A stretch of DNA of 64,000 nucleotides from Mizuhopecten yessoensis (GCF_002113885.1 NW_018407955.1:442020-506019); one strand, 5' to 3'; shown: positions 23,867-35,900, numbered from the stretch's first letter. Program-made: numbers and translations. Notes: generated by a model from the letters alone, not told the origin.

Positions 23867-24999
23867 GGCAACACTATATCACTCGCGGCGTTGATTTCGA
23901 AGTAACACGGATATTCACAGTAAATGATGCAGGACACTGCTGTCGTCAATGCCGTCCCAAAGATGGCCTCTAGTCTGACGTTCCCTTGTTTGTTCCCGGG
24001 AATGGTAGTCTGATCACCGGTAGTGCCGTACTTGAGTTTTATGGGGGTTTCCACCGACTGGTATTCCATCTACGTAGACTCCTATGGATGTGACGTCATA
24101 GGATTGAAAAACCAGGGGTTCTGCTCGTAGTCACCGGTGGTACTGGTGGTGTTCACGAATCCAACTACGATGGGGTTTGGTCTAATCCCTTGGAATATAT
24201 TATCGTAAGTGAAATTTGTGGTTCCTTTAGGGATGGTCATCTGCTTGACCATGGTCTGTGTAAATTGGTCACGTCGAGAGCTTGACTTTGTGCATAGATG
24301 ACGGCTGGGTTGACCTTGACTTTGCTCACACGTAATCGAATGTCTTCGAATGCTACCTTGTACCGGACAGGAGACAAACATTTGGTTTGGAACGATAAAG
24401 TTTGACGTTGACATTGACTTGGTTCAATATATATCTGTCCATCTTGAACAAATCGTGATAAAGCGGACCGATCACATCTTCCACTTTTCCACCTTCAAAC
24501 ATTTGAGGTCTTTTCAAGAGCGCGTTGTTTGATCCGGTCCTAGGACTATGTTCACCCATAGCTCCCTCGTCGTCCCGATTCTATATTTGGGTAGTCAACT
24601 GAGTCGTCTTTGCTTCAGTACTGTATTTCAAAAGACTCTGTATGTAAGCCTTGTATGAATAATAACTAGTCTTCCCTGTAGAGTAAACGTCCACTTGTGA
24701 AAATAACGAAGGTAAAAACAAATTGACGGGTCCCACGTCATCTGTAAGGGCTATGGCGGTTCCGTCTGCTTTTGTTATTTTCACCTTTGCATAGATTAGA
24801 CTGTTCCGTAAATCTAGTAATTCTAATCCGTTTTGTCCGGAAACGACGAATTCTATGACGGAGTCACTCGTGATCTGAGATAACGGTAACACGTCTTGAT
24901 AGTAAATGTGTTCTATTGCTGTCTTTGTCGGTGGAAGGTCAAATACCGCTAATTCTGACGGTTGTGCTTCTCTGAAGAATCTTTGTTTAACGCAGCCAT
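23863..24999 (-). pseudogene. Double jelly-roll major capsid protein (hexon-like)
   Basis: SELAVFDLPPTKTAIE...IEFVVSG...LDLRNS...VGPVNLFLPSLFSQVDV...YKAYIQSLL...LYHDLFKMDRYILNQV...IVVGFV...GDYEQNPW...GNVRLEAIF...CIIYCEY; fragmented and apparently shortened. Confidence 0.88.
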
Positions 25000-25436
25000 T
25001 GTGATATTAGACTCTTATGAATCCTCTTTTTGTTTGAATTCCTTTTCACTGTTTTTCTATTCACTTTACTCGCCTTCCGTTTTGCTTTATTTGTTTTTCG
25101 TTTCTTCAGATGCGTTCGTGGAGTGTTTAGACGTCGGCGTTTCCTGGCAGACTGACGACGATTTGGAGTCCGTTTCCTTTTCATCTTGGATTTGGATTGT
25201 TCTACAACTTGTTGAGCTGGAGAGCTCATGTTTACGTTTACCTCTCTCGAAGGTAAGGATTTTTCTCCCACTTTGTCGTTTTTGTCAATGGGAATCATGA
25301 ATTCGTTCGAATTCTGTGACAATCCTCCACCGAATTGCTTCACGTTTCGTTTCGTATTGTCTTCATAAGCATTTTCCTTTTCACGTGCCACCTCCTGATA
25401 ATGTTTAATCTATTTCCCCCCGTTGGGAACGTACAT
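24987..25436 (-). pseudogene. Arg/Lys-rich putative virion core protein
   Basis: MYVPNGGK*IKHYQEVARE...KQFGGGLS...KMKRKRTPNRRQSARKRRRLNTPRTHLKKRKTNKAKRK; lies between the minor and major capsid genes. Confidence 0.5.
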
Positions 25437-25447
25437 CTTTGAAACGT

Positions 25448-25871
25448 TTATGATAGAAAAGGATATTGTTTAGAGTGAAGTGTGATCGTCGATTGATCTT
25501 TTAAAAATGAAGCTGGATCACCATTTCCCGTCTTTATATGCAATTCTATGTCTCTAACTTCTGACTTTTTCACAGGTACATAGTATGGAACATCGAACGA
25601 TTGGGACCAGTTTGCTACTTTCAAGGCTCTTTTCAGATGGAGAAGAATTTCCGTTACACCATCAACAAAGCTTTCGTCACATACGTCGCTGTGTAGGTAT
25701 AAGTTCTGTCTCGTCTTCCTGCCACTCGTAGTTATGTCGACTAAGGCCACTTTCCGATTTCCATGTATATAGATTTAGCGGTGTTTAGAAGTGTGCACCG
25801 AAATGGTAAGGTTTGTTTTGTGGAAAGTAATTCTTACTTTCATCACTGTGAATTACTACGTAATGTGACAT
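25448..25871 (-). pseudogene. Minor capsid (penton-like, single jelly-roll) protein
   Basis: MSHYVVIHSDESKNYFPQNKPYHF...VALVDIT...LYLHSDVCDES...FDVPYYVPV...IELHIKTGNG...TITLHSKQYPF. Confidence 0.7.
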
Positions 25872-25872
25872 C

Positions 25873-26956
25873 TTAGACTTTGCTTACGTCTCTGATGTCT
25901 TTCTCTGCTATCCACTGGTTATATTTAGACGGCCACCCTTCGAATTTTGCCAACCATTCGATTTGGTCAGCTCTCTTACGCTTTTTCAAATTTTATTCGA
26001 TGAACCATAACGCGTTTTCGTCCTTGTCCGCTCTCTGTAGTTCGGATTGATAAAAGTTCCCTGTGATTGGCTCGTTTAAAAAATCTATTAACTGGTACTC
26101 TGGTATACCCTGAAGACCATTGTTTTTGATAAGCTCGTTTAAACGGTTAAGTGTGAGATTCTCACCAGGCTTCCAATTTTAAACATAAACTCTTTTGTTT
26201 CTGTTTTAACGTGACGGTTGTTTCCCTTTTCTGTTTATTTCTGAGATACATTTAGGCGAAGAGATAGGCTTCGTTGGTTTTGGTTAACTCTTTGGGAGCG
26301 GTACCATTTAACGATCTGTGAGGTGTAGCATTGTCACTCTTGACGAAATCGTGCAATTTGTCTGCATGACATAGGTTCTGTATTTCGTGAAATACCCCTA
26401 CATCGTGGTCTTTAGCGTTCTTATGACGCGCTCGACCACAGAAGCTTTCTGTTCATTGTGGCTAGTAAAGTATTTAATGTCATTGTCTTCACAATACTGT
26501 CTCATCAATTTCCCAGTAAATTCTTTACCTGCATCGGTACACAAACGGTTTTTTTTGTTGTGTCTGACGATCTTTCTAAAAGCATCTAACACGTCTTTTG
26601 TCGTTTTCGTTTTTGTAGGTTCCACCAATAAGAAGCGCCTGAATACGTCTATGACAACGAGAAGGAACCGAATACCACCATTCTGTTTAGAGACGTTCGA
26701 CATGTTTGCACGATCGGCTTGGAATTACTCGTAAGGACCCGAGACTTCTACTCGTGCTCTCTTAAAAGAACGTTTGACAGGTTTTTGTAAGCTATAATCG
26801 TCTAATCTCTGGATATTTCTTCTAATCTTGTATAGACCTGGCGAGGTGAATCATCGGTATTTCAATACTTGCAGAACTTTCGTTGGACTCATAAAACTAC
26901 CTCCGTTCTCGAAATTGTAATACGTCAACAAGTCGCTTCTCTTCCTCGGTCAACAT
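25873..26956 (-). pseudogene. RVE-family (DDE) integrase with C-terminal chromodomain-like segment
   Basis: YYNFENGGSF N-terminus; NGGIRFLLVVIDVFRRF...LCTDAGKEF...KASVVERVIRTLK; TPHRSL; FEGWPSKYNQWI. Confidence 0.9.
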
Positions 26957-27839
26957 TTTAAATGACAATACAGACAAAATATTTATATACACTCTTTTAT
27001 TATAATGTTTTATGAAACCAGTCTTCTACACGATTCATGGACGTGACCATTTTACCAACTCTCTCTTTCCATTTTCCTGTTTTTAGTTCATTTACTCTCC
27101 ATTCGGCATTACATAATGTGATATGAAAGCATTTCTAACACTTCTCTGGACTTCAAAACAAACAGTCTCTCGAATAAAGTCACGAATCACTCTGACGTCA
27201 TCTACATAAATAAATGCGTCCTTTACATCACATTGTCTTTCACTCGTGATTTCTCGAATATGGTTTGCATATGTCAGTTCTAATACGTTGTCCATACTGA
27301 CGACTGACTAATTCAAAAGTGTAGCATTCATTTCACGCTCCATGCTAATGTGCTTTCTATCACACTTGGAGGATAGGATGGAATGACGATCACTGCACTC
27401 TACAGAAAAGTTTTATGTTCCCAATATTTCAGTGCTTTCTCACAAATAATATAATCACTGACACCTTTGTGAAAAAACCCGTCACAAGCTAGCTGGTAAG
27501 GTGTCTGACGAACTATACAGCCCCACCGAACGAGCGTCAGCATTCCATCCGTACAGCTCGTCATGTAAAGGTGAACTAGGCGAGTGGTACCAATGTCCAT
27601 CTGTTAGTAGAATTACGGGAAGCTGATCACCATCAACATCAATTTCCACATACTGATCACTGATCATAGGTATGTCTGAACTTCACCGATTTTCTTCACG
27701 TATTTCTTTATCTTTTCGCTATTCCGTCTTTGTGTAATGCAGAGTTATCTTCTCTTGGGAGCAGGTATGGATTGTTACGTCATTGGTTTGTACAAGGTAT
27801 CAATTTTCTACGGTGTTGTGTAAGACCTTGACATTTTAA

Positions 27840-27990
27840 GGTAAATGGTCTCAACGATATACATCACATTCCTTTCCTTTCGTTTAGGGCAGCTTCGGCT
27901 GCAGCTGTTGCATGGTATTCAGACTCGTATATTCAGACAGCCGGAAGATGGAGTTCAGGGGCGTTTAAAACTTACAATCGCATGCCGGTT
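27840..27990 (+). pseudogene. Tyrosine recombinase C-terminal fragment
   Basis: SHSF-R-LGAASAAAVA..YSDSYIQTAGRWSSGAFKTYNR (HxxR, GRW and catalytic Y), interrupted by small indels. Confidence 0.85.
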
Positions 27991-28137
27991 GTCCATTCCA
28001 TTGAACATATTAACTGTTAAAGTTTCAGATTTCGGGAAAGTGGGGTACCATATCGACTTAACTATCACATTGTAGTTGTATAATAGCACTGATAATTTTT
28101 CATTGAAGAAATACTCATTGGAAGTTTAAGCCTTTCA

Positions 28138-28753
28138 GTCTGGTTTGTTGGATCCTCGCTTGTACGGTATGGTCATCTGGCGGCTTGCACTATACATGGG
28201 GAACCAAATCTGACGCTGGATTGTAGACTTGGTGTCCATATCTGGTGGCAGGGGGTATTGTGGTTTGACCCTACAGAAAATGAAGGCAAAACTGAATGTG
28301 TTGTTAAAGGTGAGGGATACCCCATCTGTCTTGTTGATACACTGCGGTGGAAATGACATCGGGATGATGGCTATTGGTGACTTATGCAGGTTGGCAAAAA
28401 GCACGTTTATTTGGGTGAAGGAGCAATTCCCAGACAGTCTTATTATTTGGTCCCAGATTTTGCATCGCCTTCATTATAGATACTCTGCAAATACCAAGGC
28501 GATTGAGAGGGCACGTCCGAAATTAAATGGGATTTGTGCGAAGGCTGTTCTGGGTTTTGGTGGAGCCTACATTAAGCATCCAAACATCAAAGCTAAATAT
28601 CCAGAACTCTTTTATGATGGTATACATTTGTCCGAAACCGGGAATGATATTTTCATTAATGGGTTGCAAGGTGGGTTAGAATGGGTATTGTCAAAAGGGG
28701 GGTTAGAATGGGTATTGTCAAAAGGAGGGAAAGTGTTTCCACCAGAGTCCTAG
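28138..28753 (+). pseudogene. SGNH/GDSL hydrolase of the Ngaro element
   Basis: VWFVGSSLV (block I), LIHCGGNDIG (block III), DGIHLSETG (block V); one frameshift near 28255; 27-bp tandem duplication (GGLEWVLSK x2). Confidence 0.8.
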
Positions 28754-29231
28754 AAATATTGTGACCCGGCATGTAGGATAATGTGGCCGCGCCCACCCCC
28801 TAAAAGGTGGCGGTGCTCCCAACATGACAAAAGGTTTCATGCTGGGATCAGTTGGCCTCGCGCGGCATATCCAATCAGTTTACCTTAAGATGCACTTTAT
28901 CGCCGTTTCCGGGGTTTAGTGCACATCAATTATATTTCACAATATTCGGAATTTGGTGAAAATGAAACAATGACTTGTGTATATATGTTCACAGATTGTG
29001 TGACTTTGAACAATTGATGCTTGCATGGAGTGGTGTGGCTCCACAAGTGGTGTTTAAATTTATGAAACTGGTGTGGCTCCTAAACATAAAATATTTCACC
29101 TACAGCCGTGGCCACAAAATATGCCATAATCAAATAAATTTCAGAAATGTATATGATGTGTATGTTATTTTTTCAGCAATAATGGTTATCAACGTCATTT
29201 TATTTTATTTTTAAGAAAAACGTTTTACTTA

Positions 29232-29671
29232 GGTATATTATGTAATACTGTTGTAAATCATCTGTTACTATGACATTCGTTACTTTGGTATATTACGGTA
29301 TTCTTTTTGTATATTACCTGTTACTGTGACGTCCGTTACTTTGGTATGTTATGCAATATTGTTGTATATCACCTGTCACAGTGAAATCCGTAACTTTTGT
29401 ATTTTATGTAATACTGTGGTATATTACCTGTTATTGTGACGTATGTACTTTGGAATTTTATGTAATACTGTTGTATATTACTTATTACTGTGACGTCCGT
29501 TACTTTGGTATATTATGTTATACTATTGTATATTACTGTACCTGTTAAAGTAACGTCCGTCACTTTGATGTCAAGTAGCAGTTTATCTATGTCTATTAAC
29601 ATCTCGCTGATTTCGTCGGAATAACATTCTCGACAGAGACAATGATGTCTCGGCCACACTGCATGGAATCT
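29232..29671 (-). pseudogene. Inverted orphan copy of one BBOX-like exon plus about 6 units of its downstream satellite
   Basis: 29542-29669 is the reverse complement of exon 39810-39937 (FHAVWPRHHCLCRECYSDEISEMLIDIDKLLLDIKVTDVTLT), with AG and GT retained; 55-bp units continue to about 29232. Confidence 0.9.
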
Positions 29672-32598
29672 AGAAGACATAAAATCCAAGATTTAGACAT
29701 GAATGTTTAATTGATTATTGAATTATTAAAGAGAAAACAAGGAGAAAATAAAATCGGTGACAATATTTCGCCTTGGAACAAACCATTCCTGCATTCGAAG
29801 AAATTAGACATTGAATTGTTGAATTTAACACAACATTTTACATCGTTTTATAAAAAACGTATCATATTTAACAGTTTACCTTCTACTCCTTCCTTAATTA
29901 GTTTAAACCACAAATTCTGTCTGTTAACAAAATCGAAAGCTTTCTTTTAATCTATGAAACAACAATATAGCTTCTTTTTCTTCTTTAAAGGATAAAACCA
30001 TCTGTTGGAATTAGGTATATATGTTAATTATTACTTCAAAGGTAGAGTCCATTTCATGATAGATAAACCTGTATTTTCACCTGTGGTTTCATGTACACAT
30101 GATCACCAGGAATTATTTATTATACCTGTTAAAAAATGTAAATTTCAAAAATTTCAAAGACAATAAAGCATCCGCCTTAGCATCACGTTATCAGGTGAAT
30201 AATAACCAATGTTAACATAAAAGCCTGGCATGTATATATATATCCTTTTTAACAGGTGTTGCCCTTGTACATATGCATGCATACAAATTAACAATAAAAG
30301 ACAAACAATCAAATCATAATTCATATTTATGACAAAATAAATCAATATTTAATTGCCAAAATACTCGCCTAAACTACATGCACATGAAAGGCATGACACA
30401 AACATCAACATTTTAACCAAAAACCTACATTTCTACCATTGTTTCGGAGAATTTGTTAACACTCGCTCCACTCGGCCATCATAAAATATAAATACTCTAT
30501 ATTATAAAATATAACCTGGAATAATACCGCAAACTCAGAAAACTATTCTATGCCTTATTCGATCTGTTTGACAATGGAAATAATGTCCGATAAATTCTAG
30601 CTTTCTACGCTTAGCAGTGCTTGAACAAGTTTAGTATTACATCTTCAGAAAAAAAATCGACTCGCTCTGCTCAGCAGGGAAATTATGATTGTCATAATCT
30701 TTGGTGCCAGAAAGTAGTATACATGTACAACCGACATGACAATTATAATTTATTCGGTTTTTTTGAGTCTCTTTCTGAGTTGAAAATTTTGGGCAACACC
30801 AAAAATTAATTCCTGGGTCCCCCCTGAACATGTTGCCTACTTCTGAACAGCCTCCGATAGATATTGATCAACCTGCGAAAATACCATCAATTCTGCAGAT
30901 GCATAATTATATATGTAACACTAGAACAGAATCTGAGAACTTATCTATGTGAAGTGTCAGATATGTACACCTGTGACGGTTCTGGTGTAATGTTCGAATG
31001 AAGTTGTGTCCAAGAATTATAATAATAATAATAAAAGACTTTATTTCAGGTCGATAACACTTTGAGTCAAAGACTCTTCTAACAAGTGGTCGACAGTTAG
31101 ATGTACAATATTCACAACATGATATCATTAAAATTACATCATCACAGACATTGTGTATTGCAGAGAGCTTATGGAAATTGTCTATTAAATGAAAGTAGTG
31201 CACTCATAAAGCTCATGATGCGTACAGTTGTGTTGGAAGAAGATGAGACAGATAGAAACCGCTGCTGTAATATCCGATGTAACCTATGACAAAGACGACG
31301 AGGCACATTTAATATCTGTGAAAATGGCCAGAGGGAATAGCTGGACACAAAAGCAAAGAAAAAAGATAAGTTTATGGGTAAGTACAAGCGATAATAGCGT
31401 TTATTGTACCATCGTTTGATTAAAAAAAATTAAAAAAAATCATGTGAATGTAAATTTACATTTTGTGTGTAAATAGAAAATTGTTTATAGAGCTGTTATT
31501 AGAGTATTGAAGGATATGCAATATATAGAAAATAAATCTATACACAAATGTATATCACAGTGACCTCATTTAACAGACATTACGTGACACTGACTTCACT
31601 AAAAATAGCTGGAAACGACAAGCTTTGTGAACAACAGCAATAACATTGGACTGGGCAGTTGATCAGATGATGATGGATTAAAAATGATCTTGAAGTGAGT
31701 AACAACTTTAATATCAACACCAGGTAAGTACTCCCAAGCTTGTAAGGATAAGTAGCACAAATTCTAGTATTGGTGATATCTATCTATCAGGTTTGCATAA
31801 TATTTTGTCCAATGAATTTTCAAATAGATAACAGGGGTTTAAATGATTTGAATGATATACTGTTACAGATTTCTGTTCATGATTTGTCAAGCAGTATCGT
31901 AATATAGTATTTTCCCGTGTGTCACGCGTCGCAGAGTCTAATAATAAAAGGTAAGGATGTATACCAGGAAAAATTGTGTTTCTTTTAACAGTGACTCCGA
32001 ACTTTCCGGCTCCGATGGATGGTAATGATATCTGCTATCACAGATGGCCATTACATAACATAGCTAACTGTCATTTATGTATCCTGGCGATAAATCAAAA
32101 GTAACTTACTTTGAATTTTAGATTTATTTATTTTTTAAATTACGATTAAACACAAGTGATATTTTATCACTTGTCTACATCTGGCACACATGTACAGTCT
32201 AGGAAAACTAACATAGTCAGATTTATTTGTATATTGATATAAAAGGTAAAACAGATAGCAAACAAAATAGATTTTCAGATTCAAAATTCGTGTAGCGGGT
32301 CAGTGAGTATTTGCTGCTCTTAAACACAAAGGCAGCAATATTGTGATACATTATATTATAACCTATACGCACTAACGAAGACATTGACATATATCTGTGA
32401 ATGGCTATTTCAAAATATCAGCTGAATGACGGGGTTAGCTACAGACTTTAGGATTATGGAATGTGAACCAGATACTACTGTATAAAAGCAAAATTGACAA
32501 CAATGAGTCGACGTGAAACGTGATATAGGTAATTTGTTACTTTGGCGAAAAAATAGTTTTCTTTGTTTACCTGGTCGTTCTAGCTTTTGGTAAACGTA

Positions 32599-33012
32599 CA
32601 TTCAAACCAATATTCAGAGACAACCTTTTAAAAGTCCATAAAGTTGTCTCTTATTGAAGGTGGTGTCTTATAGAAGGTGGCCTCTTATTGAAGGTGGTCT
32701 CTTATTACAGGATTAGTTTGCTTGAAAATTGCAAAGGTAAGTTTCAAAAGTGGTCTCTTAAAACAGGTGTTCTAGAAATAGAGATGGTCTCTTACAACAG
32801 GTTGCTTAGTAATAGAGGTGGTCCCTTAAGATAGGTGATCTTGTAATTGTGGGGTCTCTTAATACAGGTTGTCTAGTAATATAGTTTGTCTTTTAAGACA
32901 GGTGATATAGCAATAGAGGTGGTCTCTTCAAACAGTCGATCTAGTTATAGAGGTGGTATCTTAAGACAGGTAATATAGTAATAAAGTTGGTCTCTTTAGA
33001 CAGGTTTCACGG
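32599..33012. mobile_element. TA-flanked MITE with internal subrepeats
   Basis: Ends ta|cattcaaacc...agagacaacct and ggtctctttagacaggtttcacgg|ta; repeated ataga-ggtggtctctta-acaggt units. Confidence 0.7.
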
Positions 33013-33234
33013 TATATACTTTACCAGACATTTGATTGACACTCCTACAATTGTATTGTCATAGATTCGTACGCAAGCTATAGAATATCATTCGGATAAC
33101 ATAATCATAAAAAGAAATTAATATTAAATATCGTTAATTTATATGAAAAATTATCTGGTGATGCTGTGATCATTTTTTTGGAGTTATTTCATTGAATCAA
33201 TTAACCGCTTCAGAAGTCAACGAAAATCCAAGCT

Positions 33235-35900
33235 AATGCCTTTGCAAAGTAATTGAAGGAAAAGTATTCAAGACTGCTACGTTTAATCACTTGTCTTTGT
33301 ATCAACTGACTTGAAGTTGTATTGTCTCGTGATTGTGTGCAACTGCTTCTAACCTGTGATTAAGTTGTCTGACCTCAAACATTAGCCACTGCCTCGCTCC
33401 TATATTGATTTTAATGTATTTTCGTTATATTTCTAACTTGTAGTTGCTTTCAACTCTTTGTTGTAATATCAATCGCTGTGTTTTTGTATTTATGTACTCG
33501 CACAAATTTTCTTTACTGTATTTTGGTTGTTTTAAAACGTTGTGGTTGTATTCACCGCCTCGTGCATGGTGGTATCGACCAGGGCTATAGGTACTACTCG
33601 GAACAGTCTATAATTCTTTATTGTTATTTTCGCTGCCTCTTTGTTGCATTTTGATGAGTTATCAATGTATCGATAATAGTAAACCAGGGAAACAACCTCT
33701 ATATAGGTTAATTGGTGATAGATTCGGTCATTAGTCGTTGTCTGTCGTATTATATTTTGGACATAACAAATACAACCAATCCATAGGGACTAGAACAAGT
33801 CTAATATACGAGTACACACTACACTGTGCATGATACACAGACTAAAGTGTTTACAGAAATAGGACGTCAGAGTTCATCGCCATAGTAGTATATATACACA
33901 AGCTACAGATAGTTGATTGACAACACTGATTGTGACCGGGAGGCGATATGCTAACAAGTCTTTGCCCTAACGTCTGTTGACCTTGGATTCTAGATGTTCA
34001 TCTATTGGACTTACTCTTCAGAAAAGTGAAAGTTTGTTTGTTATAATAATAGTCAATTTAAATATTTTAAACTCGTTATATCTCTATGTATGAAATATCT
34101 ACTTCAATGTTCATGTACACTATATAGCAATATAAGCAATAGCATTCATGAACTCTCCACAAAATATCTTTATTATGGGATGTCATAAAACACCGACATG
34201 TTTAAAACTTTCAACTGCTATTCATTGTACCGGAACTCTCATAAACACTGTCATCTATCGGCTTGATCTCTTCACGACCTCCGCGCGAACCTTACAGAGG
34301 TTATCAGGCTTGCTCTCTACCCGGTCATTCACATCATCGATATCCAGGGGTTACGCCCACTTACGCTCTCTTCACCCCTAGAATATATCATAGCACAATT
34401 AAAGGCTCGGTGTGCGCCACCTTGTTGATGAGACAAGAATAATAGTTCGATCCTTTAATGTACATCAACAGAATCTTGCGGTCGCGTAACGGTTAAAAAT
34501 ACTGGCTATAAAGTCGGACGTCGTTCTTCTGTGATCTTCAAAGGACAGGTATCAGCCTAATGATTGGTCAGGTGTTTTTACATGAGACCAATCCAATAGC
34601 AACGACTGAAGTGAAAGAAATAATAATAATTAACAAAGGCATCAGAAAAATACAAAATAATACTCAAAATTACTGTAGAATGTTCGATGCAAAGTATTCT
34701 TTATATTTTGATTAATAGAACTTTATTTTACTTTTCATTACATTGTACCACTTAACCCTTTCGGTTCACCGCGTATTGAAGAGGGCGTCTATACAAAGTA
34801 ATTCAAGGAAAACTGTTCCCGACTGCTGCTATCAACGTGCTTGTATTGAATGACCTGAAGCTGTATTCATCGTCTCGTAGTTGTATTCAACCGCTTCTGA
34901 TCTGTGTTTGGATTTCCTAACCTTAAGCTGTATTCATCGCACTCATAGTTGTACATAACTCCCAGTTATTCTAACTGAATTGTGGTTGTAGCTGTTGACA
35001 AGTATTTGTTGTTATATTTAATGCATTGAAGTTGTATTCATCGTTTAATATTTGCATGCATAGCTCTTATTTATTATAATAAATAGTGGTTGTACTAACT
35101 TGTACATGTCAAAATTATTTGTAGTCATATTCACTTCCGCTTTGTTATATTTACTGATTTGAAGTTGTATTCAATGTCCCATATCAGTCCACATTCAAAA
35201 GATTGTTTACTTAATTTGGGTTGTATTTTATACCTTGTTGTTATTTCTTCCGCCAAAATGAATTCTTTTCAATAGTGATGATATCAATCACCCGGAACAG
35301 GTGTGTTTTTTCATAAAGGGACCTTTAAATTACAAACAATCACACATCATTACAATTGACCCATAATCCATATTTTCATATCAAAACCTATCACTTCCGG
35401 TTTCTCTCCTCCCAAACAAAATGGCGGCCATACAAAGACTAAGAAGGGAAAAATGACCTATATGTATGTCCTAGACTACTGTTGGAGTATGTCGCATTAC
35501 ATTCAAACATAGGGACTTGAGAAAGTCTAGTGTGTACATGATACACAAGATATATGTTATCATTTCTACACAGCAGACAGAGAGGATAACACAGATTGTG
35601 ACCGGGAGTCAAAATGTTGAAAAGTCTTTGCCGTAAACGTCTGTTGACCATGATTTCTAGATGTTCATCTGTTGGATTTTCACTACAGAAAGGTGAGATT
35701 TTGTTCATTATGATTGAAGTTGATAAACTGTTATTTGGAACTCTATTTCTCTGTACAAGAGAGATCTACTTCAAGGTAAAAATATGAGTGTTAAGCAATA
35801 GTATTCTGGATCTCTGTGTCATACAACACCGCTCATCAGTGACGTGTTGAAACTTTCCACGGCGACTCACTGTACAGGAATCTCATAAAGACTGTCATTT
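33235..35900 (+). repeat. Old tandem duplication, about 33235-34260 versus 34790-35900
   Basis: Collinear shared anchors: caaagtaatt.aaggaaaa, gattgtgaccgggag, aagtctttgcc.taa.cgtctgttgacc, ctagatgttcatct, atctacttcaa, ctcataaa.actgtcat. Confidence 0.75.

Larger units (their letters stand above)
19363..27835 (-). mobile_element. Decayed Polinton/Maverick (adintovirus-like endogenous virus), internal portion without TIRs
   Basis: Co-oriented minus-strand remnants of integrase, minor capsid, basic protein, major capsid, cysteine protease, packaging ATPase, small ORFs and protein-primed PolB, several joined by ATGA overlaps. Confidence 0.93.
27836..29200 (+). mobile_element. 3' fragment of an Ngaro/DIRS-group tyrosine recombinase retrotransposon
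   Basis: YR C-terminus followed by an SGNH hydrolase ORF, a GC-rich structured segment at 28776-28872, and AATAAA near 29134. Confidence 0.8.
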
